This document shows positions 45,695 through 55,193 of a DNA stretch of 55,193 nt, piece after piece. Positions within the stretch are counted from its first letter, which is position 1. Every line of letters begins with the position of its first letter. Both the position numbers and the translations under genes were made by a program. Where the stretch lies: assembly GCF_001194135.2 (NCBI RefSeq), contig NC_068996.1, positions 29,139,101 to 29,194,293 on the forward strand, written 5' to 3'. The stretch comes from Octopus bimaculoides (taxonomy: Eukaryota). The notes under the pieces were generated by a model. It worked only from the letters and a program-made list of their open reading frames with translations. It was not told the origin of the DNA and searched no databases.

Positions 45695-46087
45695 CATTAT
45701 TATTATTATCATTTTTCAGTAGTCTTATTTTTATCATGTGGTTTCACTGCACAACTGAGCACAGTGCTGTGGTTTGTTGTGATGCTCTTATTTTTAGTGT
45801 ATTGAAAGTGTTTTACATAAGATGTGTGCAGTGTCTAGTAGTGCTATTTTCTGTATGTTATATATTCTTGTTAGACCTGGTGTTTTTTTTATGTATTTGT
45901 CTGAATATTTTTTTTATCATACCTAATGTGCCTACTATGATAGGAATTGTTTCTGTTTTTAGGCTCCACATTCGAGTTACCTCTATTTCCAGATCTTTGT
46001 ATTTTGAAAGTTTCTCCGTTTCTTTTAGAGAAACATTGTCATCTGTTGGTATTGATACATCAATTAGAAAGCATTCTTTTTCTTGGT
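45695..46087 (-). mobile_element. R4/Dong-like RLE LINE (family C), 3' segment left of the LTR insertion
   Basis: QEKECFLIDVSIPTDDNVSLKETEKLSKYKDL..IPIIVGTLG; TAA-type tail near 45695-45712. Confidence 0.82.
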
Positions 46088-46350
46088 TGTGGTGTGATGG
46101 AGGAAAAAGACAACAAGAAGCAAAAGGGAGAAAGAAATACGACCTTACCTTGTCAACCGTGGCGGGATAAACGATCACTCCAGATCAAGCCACAACTATG
46201 CACGCCGTCTCTGCTCCAACTGACCANNNNNNNNNNNNNNNNNNNNNNNNNNNNNNNNNNNNNNNNNNNNNNNNNNNNNNNNNNNNNNNNNNNNNNNNNN
46301 NNNNNNNNNNNNNNNTGCTTCATCTGCAATCCCGCTCCACCAACACCACA
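46088..46350 (-). repeat. 3' LTR (contains an 89-N gap)
   Basis: Nearly identical to 50081-50325 over the 174 visible bases. Confidence 0.9.
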
Positions 46351-46440
46351 TAGCTCATCACAGCCCATAATACCACACGCCCCCCTGATCTACAGATCAC
46401 TCAACCGGCTTTCCCACTCACTCCTCGCTCCCGAACTACC

Positions 46441-49341
46441 TTAATTGGTTTCATAATCAGCCAACCAGGGAGGAGGGTGCCACTCCCTCTGTGGTCACTG
46501 TGCGATGCCGGGACTGGCCTAAGTTCCTGGCACGCTGCCGCTGGCTTCTTCATCTTGCCTACTGCTGCTGGTTCCATCCTCTGAGGCATTGACAATCTTC
46601 CGCACATCCAAAACATGGCGTGGCATACCATCGACAGAGACGGTGTTCTTCGAATTGATGGAGGTTATTGTTCCTTTATCCCATTGTGATGTACGCCGTG
46701 CATTTGGGATTTTTACCCAAACTTCTTCCCCGACCTGCACAAAGGTGTGCTCTTCCTCTCCCCTGAGTCACATTGATGCAATACACGGATGCCTCCACTC
46801 GTACCTGAATATTGCCCTGTGTGGCACCGACTCCTCAGCCTGTCCTGACCTGGGCGACATATTGTACCAAAATACGGCCTCGATTGGCGAAATGTGGCCC
46901 CTCTCTGCCATGGTCTTGCTGGTGCAATGATGCCTTTCCACCACTCCATTTCCACTTGGCTGGTATGCCGCCCTGAAGAAGTGGCTGATCTGCCGCCCAT
47001 CAAGCATTTCTTTCAGCACCTCCGAGCGAAATGCAGTGCCATTATCCAGAAGCAGCTCATCCTTGGGGCCTCGTTCCAGGAATATCTCATTTAATACTCA
47101 TGCGATTTCCTCTGCAGTCCCCGTCTTCATCTCCCTCCATATGGCCAACTGCCCTGGTCCGCAGTCAACTATTGAGAGGTACGTCCCCTGCCGGTAGTGT
47201 GTTATGTCCACCGCCAGTCGTTTCCAGTTGTGGTCCACTGGAATACTTCCTGCCTCATGTACGCCAGGAGAAGGGTCAATAGACTGGCACCTGTCACAGC
47301 TACTAACCACTCTCTGCGCGCTCTGTCTTGTTACCTTGGAGTCGACTTACCTGGCTAGGAACAATGTCCTGTCCACTCCCATGTGATGCATGGTATGCAG
47401 TCTCCTCAACTCCGAGTCACTCAGACAGCATACTGCAGCCACAGCCTACTGCAGCCACAGCCTACTGCAGCCACAGCCTACTCCGCATCCTCTGGCACCT
47501 GCAATCAGGCTCGCTTTACCCTGGTTAGGATGTCTGCCCTGTTCTTTTTGGAAGGCACAAAAATTACGCTCAGCTTCAGATTGAACTCAGCGGTTAGCTC
47601 ACGCAGTATCCCCAATCGAGGCTTTACCAACATCACTACGGCCCCTTTGGTTCACACCCTCCGCTCATTGATGATGACTGCCATCATCCAACCAAACACA
47701 GTGGCCGAATTGGTCCTAATTTCTATGGTGCGCAGCCCCCACTTCAAGGCCAGGTTCACCCCCTTCAACATGGCATCCAACTCCGCCACATTGATATGGT
47801 TGCAATCATCCATCTTCCTGAGCCAGGCTGCATCTTCCACCACAGTGCCTCCCATTTCCAAGACAATCCCTATTGCGATGCTGCTGGCGTCACACCAAAC
47901 GATCCCGCTCTTTGATTTGGGAACATACCAACTGCCCCTCACTGGATCCTCTGCTCTCACTCTGACCAAGACTTCCTGCATCATGTCGGTCGTTTTCTCC
48001 CCTACTCTGTCATTCCACTTTGCACCTTTGGCTCGTCTCTTGATGAAGCTACATGCTGTTCGGAGCCATCCTGCAACCGGGTAGTGTCCCACCAGCTTCC
48101 CACACATCGNNNNNNNNNNNNNNNNNNNNNNNNNNNNNNNNNNNNNNNNNNNNNNNNNNNNNNNNNNNNNNNNNNNNNNNNNNNNNNNNNNNNNNNNNNN
48201 NNNNNNNNNNNNNNNNNNNNNNNNNNNNNNNNNNNNNNNNNNNNNNNNNNNNNNNNNNNNNNNNNNNNNNNNNNNNNNNNNNNNNNNNNNNNNNNNNNNN
48301 NNNNNNNNNNNNNNNNNNNNNNNNNNNNNNNNNNNNNNNNNNNNNNNNNNNNNNNNNNNNNNNNNNNNNNNNNNNNNNNNNNNNNNNNNNNNNNNNNNNN
48401 NNNNNNNNNNNNNNNNNNNNNNNNNNNNNNNNNNNNNNNNNNNNNNNNNNNNNNNNNNNNNNNNNNNNNNNNNNNNNNNNNNNNNNNNNNNNNNNNNNNN
48501 NNNNNNNNNNNNNNNNNNNNNNNNNNNNNNNNNNNNNNNNNNNNNNNNNNNNNNNNNNNNNNNNNNNNNNNNNNCAAGGTGTCCCCGCAGACATCTGTGG
48601 CGTCATTCAGCTCTCGGAAGTCAAGCACTGGTCTGACCTTATGCTTTGTGGGCTGTACCACCGCCATCAGCGGCAGAACTCTGCTCTCCACTTCTTCCCA
48701 AGGGATCAAAATGCCCTCCTTAATCCACCGCTCCACCTCCCCCTCGAACTCGCTTCTGGCATCTCCTTTCAAAGTATGATGGTAGCAGCCCACTTTAGTT
48801 TTCAACTTCGGGGGCTCTCCCTTCCAGTGCCACTCCACTGTCCACCTCTGGCCATCGAAGGCGGCACGAAAATCCTGGTCTTTAATGGTGTGTGCGGCAT
48901 AGTTTTCTTCGCAGTTCTCACCAATGTACGGTGTCGCCATACACGGTTTCCCCGCAACCCCGAATGTTACACCGGCTTTGTTGACAGTGACACCTCTCAT
49001 AAACGGATGATTGCATCCATCCCCATCACCACGTCAATCTCATCCACCAAGTGGCCAACTACAATTGCTTGCAGTGTCAGCTTTGTTCCCTGCACCACAA
49101 TCTGCACATCTGTAATACCTTCACAGTGTACCTCTCTTCTGTCGACTGCCCTCACACTGCTTTCTCCACTCCACATCTCTACCACTCCTGGAGTCGTCAG
49201 GGTCGTTGTACAGCCTGTGTCCACAAGGGCTCGCAACATCTTCCCCTCCACCAGAATGTCGACAACGGGTAGCAACAAACGCGCCTCTGTTGATCCAAAG
49301 GGATAACCACTGGTGCAGTAGTCTCCCTTAGACCGTTTCCC
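46441..49341 (-). pseudogene. pol: pol pseudogene: aspartic protease, RT, RNase H, integrase
   Basis: RALVDTG; KVRPVLDFRELN; WCDAS..HINVAEL..NRADILTR; HHMG..CDRC; LAVDITH..GNGVVER; ends PPPWLADYETN*. Several stops and frameshifts. Confidence 0.88.
49298..49341 (-). promoter_or_regulatory. -1 programmed ribosomal frameshift signal at the gag/pol junction
   Basis: Slippery G GGA AAC (49335-49341), 5-nt spacer, hairpin AAGGGA-GACTAC(loop)GTGGTT-A-TCCCTT. The protease lies in the -1 frame. Confidence 0.7.
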
Positions 49342-50045
49342 TACAGACATTCGCTGGTTATATGTCCTGTTTCTCGACACTGGTAGCAAATGACCTCAGG
49401 CTTGGGTAACTTGCAGTCTTGCACCATGTGCGAGCCCTGACACCGGAAACACTGTCCTTTGAATGGTTGCACACGTTCCTTGTTCGACCCCTCTGCGCTA
49501 CTCCTTGCTTGGCCACCTTTTGCTGTTGCAGTTTCCGCTAACGGCGTCGATCTGCAACACGAAACTAGCACGCGAGCCCGAGTTATAATATCCACCATCG
49601 CCATCAAGTTTACGTTCGGCAGCTTTTGAAACTCGACCGACATGTGGTCAGGAAAGCCAGTCACAAACGCTAACTTAACCGTCCGGTCCAACGATTCTCC
49701 TTCATACACTGCCAGTTTAGCCAATCTCCTGAGTTCATTGACAAATACGTCGACCTGTTCACCAGTCTACTTTGCTTTCCCCAGGCGATCGTAAGCTTCA
49801 AACATTCCTTCTGCAAAGGCCTCCATCAAGCAGATTTCTATTTTTTCCGTGCTAAGTTGGTCCCTCTCTTCCATTTCTAAGTACAGCGCCAACGCCGAAC
49901 CATCTAGGTACAGTGGTAGAGAACTCACTAAGTCATCTATCCCGTGGAGCTTCGCAACCAGCTTCATCTTCTTTAACCAAGTGACCACATCCATATCACT
50001 GCAAAACAGTTTGATTATATCGTTCGAAATACGGACTACACTCAT
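49341..50045 (-). pseudogene. gag: gag pseudogene with two zinc knuckles
   Basis: ATG at 50045; in-frame TAG at 49767-49769; CFRCQGSHMVQDC and CYQCRETGHITSEC. Confidence 0.85.
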
Positions 50046-50080
50046 AATTTTTTTGTTTTTTGTTATGGGCTGAAATAGCT

Positions 50081-50325
50081 TGTGGTGTGATGGAGGAAAA
50101 AGACAACAAGAAGCAAAAGGGAGAAAGAAATACAGCAACCTTACCTTGTCAACCGTGGCGGGATAAACGATCACTCCAGATCAAGCCACAACTATGCACG
50201 CCGTCTCTGCTCCAACTGACCACACGTGCTCACTGTCCATACATCCTCCTGTCGCCACTTCCGCTGGCCCCTGTGGTCTTCACTTCCGTTTGCTTCATCT
50301 GCAATCCCTCTCCACCAACACCACA
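50081..50325 (-). repeat. 5' LTR, 245 bp
   Basis: TG...CA termini with a 7-bp perfect inverted repeat; direct copy at 46088. Confidence 0.92.
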
Positions 50326-53200
50326 TTGGTAATCTCTGACAACTATATCCGGTCTATTGGCCTTAATTTCTCTACCTGTGTGTTTTGGCATATCCCATAA
50401 TATGGTTGCTTTCTCATTTTTTGTGATCTTTTCTAGCGTGTGCCTATACCATCTTTTTTCTGTTGTTATTCGATAGTGTTGGCATAGTTTCCAGTGTATA
50501 TAGATCTGAACATTGTCATGTCTGAATATATTCTTTCTTAGCCAGGCCTGGGCAGCCAGAGACAATATGACTTATTGTTTGTTGTCCACCTCCACATATT
50601 CTGCAGTTACTTGTATTTCTTTTCATTACATGTTTTTGGTAATTTTTGATGGGAAGGCCTTGGTTTTGTGCTGCAATTAAAAATCCTTCAGTCTGAGTTC
50701 TGAGCTTCTCAGCCATTGTTGGGATTTTGTTTTGTCTATTTCTTTTCTGTTTAGTTTAACCCAATATTTGCCATGAAGAGGCTTTTCTTGCCATCGTTTT
50801 ATCGTGATCCATTGCTGTTCCAGTTTTAGTTTGACTTCCAGTTGTTTTACAGCTTTTGTTGTTACTTTTTTTTCTTCATAGTTTTTAGGTACTATGACTT
50901 CTTTTTTGTATTTTTTAGCCTCTGAAGTAGGTATTTCTGTAGTCCTATGGTGGTTATTTTATAATAATTTTCTAGCTGTGTAAGGCCTCTACCACCTTCG
51001 ATATGTTATATATATAACCTTTCTATGTCATTATTTTTCTTGCTTTCCTGTCTATTTTGATTAGTTCATTTAGAGTCCAGTTAAGAATATTGCAACTGTT
51101 AATTATAATTGGGACAACTAAAGTGTTGATACTTATTATCTTGTTTTTTGCATTGAGCTCTGTTTTCAGTATTAATCTTTTCTTATCTCCTCTTTCATTT
51201 GTGTGTGTTGTGTCATATCTAGTTCATTGATTCCTAAGTATTTGTATGTCTAGCTTCAATCTAATTCTCTTATTTTATTTGCTTTATCTAGTGTGATGTT
51301 GCTACTCTTAACTAGTTTTCCTCTTTTCAGGGTTGCTTTGGCACATTTTTCTAAGCCAAATTTCATGTTTATTTCTTTGGTAAATCCATGTGCTGTCTGT
51401 AGTAATGTTTCCAACTGTTTATCATTTGTAGCGTGCAATTTTAGATTATCCATATATAAGAGTGGCTGATTGTTTTGCCATAGCAGTTGTATCCACATCC
51501 AGTTCTGTTTAGCAAGTCAATTAAAGGTGTGAGTGCCAAGCAGAAAAGGAGTGGAGAGAGTGTTCTCCCTGGAATATTCCTCTTCTAATGGGGATGGCTT
51601 TGGTTTTAATGAGTCCCTCTTTTGTCTGGAGCTGTAGCACTGTATGCCATTTATTCATGAAATGTTTCATATATTTTATGATTATTTGTGCTGCCTTGTT
51701 CATGGCTAGTGTTTCTAGGATCCACGTGTGGGGAATACTATCAATAGTCTTTCGGTAATCGATCCAGACCATACTTAGTTCCTTCTTCTTTCTGTGGCTG
51801 TCTTTCTGCAGTTTTATTAATCAGTAGCTGATCTTTACAGCTGTATGAGCCCTTGCAGCATCCCTTCTGCTCTTCTGGAAACAGGTTGTTTTCTTCCAGA
51901 TGCTTGCTCATTCTCTGCGATATCATTGCAGTAAAGGTTTGTAAATTGTAGGGAGACAAGTTATCAGTCTAAAAGTTTGTGGGTTTACCGTTTCAGTGGA
52001 TTTGGGAATTAGGATAGTTTTCCCTTCTATGAGCCATTCAGACATTGTCTCTGGCTCTACTAGTATTTCATTAAATTTTTCTGCCAGCATTTTATGTGTT
52101 CCTGTTGGGTATCTTAACCAGAAGTTGGGGATCTTGTTGTGCTCGGGTGCCTTCCAGTTGCTTAGTGTTTGCAGTGCCTGGTTGATCTTTTCAGTTGTTG
52201 TAGGGACCCAGAGTTGTTCAGGTGCTGTGTTTGTTGTTTTGATAGACCTTTTTTGAAGTTGTTCCTTCGCCGACCATATTTGTTTCCAAAATTCTTCCAC
52301 TTCTGCTGTTGGTGCTGCATTGATTTCTGTTTTATTTTTGCCAAGTTCTTGGTAGAATCTTTTGGGGTTGGAGTTGAACTGTTTGCTTAAAGAAATATTG
52401 GCATTTCTCATACTGGCAGATTCTTTGTGCTTTGGTGAGGACATCTTGCTTTAGCTGTTCTTTTACCTCAGGTATACCTTGTTCTGTAATTTTGTATTTA
52501 CGTAGTATTTTTCATCTCTTCTTGTTGCTTAGTAGTGTTGATTGTCTACTAGTTTCATTAAGGATTGACAGATCCTTTCTCTTATTTTCTATTTTTTTCT
52601 GAATATTATTAATCCACAGGGTTTTCTTAGTTGGTGATACTCCTGTTTGGATGGGTTTTAGCGGGTATCCAGCTTCTTTTGTGGCCACAGAGGCTGCTGC
52701 ATATATTATATCATTTAGCCTGGTCAAATTGACATTTGTTTCTGTGGCTATTAGTTCTGTGATGGCCAAGCTCACACTATTTATTATTGATGTTATTTTT
52801 ATTATCAATTTTAATTTTAATCGGTGGTCCATACTGAGATCTGTGGCTTTCAATTCTTTGATTATTCTCATTATTAGAGTATCATAATCATTAGTTTCAC
52901 CTTCACTGTTTCCAGGTTTTAGATTTATTTCATATTCCCTCCTGCTCATATTTTTGTCTGTGGTGTTTTGGTTTCGTGCATTTTGCTCATCATTATATAT
53001 TCTTATGGTCTGGGTTTTATCTTTCATTGTTTACTTCGTTTTTTGTTGGACATGTTACTTCGTTTTGGTTGGACATGTAACGTCTGTCTTCATATTTTAC
53101 AGTCCCAGTCATATTATTTGGCATTGCTGTGCGGTTGCTATTTACGTTTTCTTGATGTATTTTTCCTTTTAAGTGTTCTATTTCTATTTCTGATATTTTT
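50326..53200 (-). mobile_element. R4/Dong-like RLE LINE (family C), 5' and central part: N-terminus, RT, CCHC finger, start of the endonuclease
   Basis: LSNWKAPEHNKIPNFW; DYRKTIDSIPH; RRGIFQG; LLYMDN; CRICGGGQQTISHIVSGC; ANRPDIVVRD. Many frameshifts; the 5' boundary is approximate. Confidence 0.85.
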
Positions 53201-53395
53201 TGGGGGGTTTTAGAATATATCTCTGTATGTTAGCCAGTTTATTAGGGTTCATTGCTGTATCCAAATCTTTATCAAGGTTATTTTTGTAGTGAAACTACCT
53301 CCCGCCATTAGATACAAACTACTATCGCCATTACATACATCTTCTCATTTAAATATAAATAAATGCGAGCGTAGTAGAGAACCCATTCCTTGTCC

Positions 53396-53493
53396 ATCAC
53401 GTGACTGATCATTATTCGAATCGGCAACTTCTTCGAACCGTTCCCGCCAGAACGCAAACTGACCAATCACGGCCCCTAATAAGGTCACGTGAT
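53396..53493. promoter_or_regulatory. Candidate promoter-like cluster: two extended E-boxes and a CCAAT box
   Basis: ATCACGTGAC at 53396-53405, CCAAT at 53463-53467 and GTCACGTGAT at 53484-53493, in a CpG-rich patch beside a gap. Confidence 0.35.
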
Positions 53494-54059
53494 AGAGTAA
53501 AATTCTGAAGCCTTCGGGAGCCCATAGTTNNNNNNNNNNNNNNNNNNNNNNNNNNNNNNNNNNNNNNNNNNNNNNNNNNNNNNNNNNNNNNNNNNNNNNN
53601 NNNNNNNNNNNNNNNNNNNNNNNNNNNNNNNNNNNNNNNNNNNNNNNNNNNNNNNNNNNNNNNNNNNNNNNNNNNNNNNNNNNNNNNNNNNNNNNNNNNN
53701 NNNNNNNNNNNNNNNNNNNNNNNNNNNNNNNNNNNNNNNNNNNNNNNNNNNNNNNNNNNNNNNNNNNNNNNNNNNNNNNNNNNNNNNNNNNNNNNNNNNN
53801 NNNNNNNNNNNNNNNNNNNNNNNNNNNNNNNNNNNNNNNNNNNNNNNNNNNNNNNNNNNNNNNNNNNNNNNNNNNNNNNNNNNNNNNNNNNNNNNNNNNN
53901 NNNNNNNNNNNNNNNNNNNNNNNNNNNNNNNNNNNNNNNNNNNNNNNNNNNNNNNNNNNNNNNNNNNNNNNNNNNNNNNNNNNNNNNNNNNNNNNNNNNN
54001 NNNNNNNNNNNNNNNNNNNNNNNNNNNNNNNNNNNNNNNNNNNNNNNTAGTGTACTAAC

Positions 54060-54560
54060 GAACTGGTATAATTGTCCACGTGTTATTGACTCTCTTTCTC
54101 TCTGCTGTAATATTTCTCATACACACTTTTCTTTGTATGACGGCCTGTCTTTGATTATGTTCTTATATGTCGCATTCACACTCTCACACAGACATACATC
54201 TTTAACGCTACAATAAATATATCTGTTATTCATCTAATACGGTTGTGGTCTTTCATTACTGGTCATCTATGTTATCGTCGCATAACATATCATGTATATC
54301 ATCCATTGATATATATATTTGTATGTTCGACCGTGTGACCCGTTTAAATAAAAGGAGTCCTCTGTTTTTCCATTCGTCACCATTGCTCCTTTTATGAGTT
54401 CGCACGGTCGTTCCTAACATTTTTCTTCCTGATTTTATATGCATATGTTGTTGTGTTTTCGTTCTGTGGGTAGAGCATGTAAGATTGAAATATATTCCTC
54501 ACGTGTTCATATTTGCAGGACATGTCTAATAACGTCCAGCCCTTTATTTTCATGGTCATC
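54060..54560 (-). mobile_element. Possible very degraded Penelope-like GIY-YIG remnant
   Basis: VTRSN..IYMIC..RMNN-like fragments across frames; weak. Confidence 0.3.
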
Positions 54561-55193
54561 ATTTTTGTAGGGTACTTTTCTGATGTAAATGGTCTTGTAG
54601 TAGTTTTTTGTACTTTTTGTGTAACAAGTTTAAAGTACGTACTTCCCGTTTGTTATTCTTGGGTTGAATAATATGGGTATTATTTAGCTTATTTTTCAAT
54701 TTTTTGTGTTTAGTAGTTAGGGACAGAGATGGTCCGATGTTGATTGGATCATAATGTAGTGAGCATGTTTACACGTGTTGTGCGGGTGATGGAGATGATA
54801 TTATCATTATTATTATTATTTTAAGCAGATGGACGTGTCTCCCGAAGCTCTGTAAGTTGTTGCCGTTTTTACCCGGAAACCTTTTGAAATCTGTTTTAAA
54901 TTTTATATATTGTTGTAGCCAAGCCGACTAGGTTCTTGCGGAGCTAGTCGGTTAGGCGAGATTTCCCCCATTTAGGGGTGAATTCTTCGTTTGAAAAACT
55001 TCCATTTTCACATTTCACACGTATCATATCTGAAATATGTCGGAAAAAAAAATAACAAGCTGTTCTCTTCTCTCTGCATCACTCCCCGACAAAAAGAATG
55101 ACGGGTCAAGTCTTTTTTCACCCCGCCCAGTTAATGCCATAAAAGGCAAAATGCCAGTGAAAAGAGCAGCCAGCTGTTCTCTTCTCTCTGCAT

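Larger units (their letters stand above)
46088..50325 (-). mobile_element. Full-length but defective LTR retrotransposon (gag-PR-RT-RH-IN order, Ty3/Gypsy-like) with 5-bp TSD TTGGT
   Basis: Two direct LTRs with TGTGGTG...CACCACA ends. TTGGT at 46083-46087 and 50326-50330. Gag CCHC knuckles, protease DTG, RT, RNase H and integrase motifs. Confidence 0.93.

Noticed and set aside
50061-50072. Copia-type half-tRNA-iMet PBS (GTTATGGGC)
   Set aside because: It is on the wrong strand to be a PBS for the coding direction, and the domain order is not copia-like. Treated instead as part of the junction complementarity.
55057-55193. 22-bp direct repeat agctgttctcttctctctgcat, 115 bp apart
   Set aside because: Cut by the window edge; the repeat unit cannot be defined.

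Overview
Eukaryotic, AT-rich, microsatellite-dense genomic DNA with seven assembly gaps. The repeat landscape looks molluscan, probably octopus; this is inferred, not shown. I can support one host gene: a five-exon + strand gene (9255-36813, 3030 nt of CDS, 1009 aa) encoding a predicted secreted serine beta-lactamase/penicillin-binding-protein-like hydrolase. Its SxxK, YxN and HSG motifs are intact, it has a ~400-aa Asn-rich N-terminal region, and it ends in a possible GPI-anchor signal. The rest is mostly transposable-element DNA: RTE, R4/Dong-like, CRE-like and L1/Tx1-like LINEs, Penelope-like remnants (one with a hammerhead-type fold), tRNA-derived SINEs, a mariner remnant, two inverted-repeat elements and a 62-bp satellite. 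A 4.2-kb LTR retrotransposon (46088-50325, - strand, TSD TTGGT) is nested in the endonuclease domain of an R4-like LINE. It has a -1 frameshift signal and DIRS-like RT/RNase H motifs with a DDE-type integrase. In place of a recognisable PBS and PPT, its two LTR/internal junctions are complementary to each other. Other leads are a PHD finger inside RTE reverse transcriptase and an RLE LINE associated with (CATA)n repeats.
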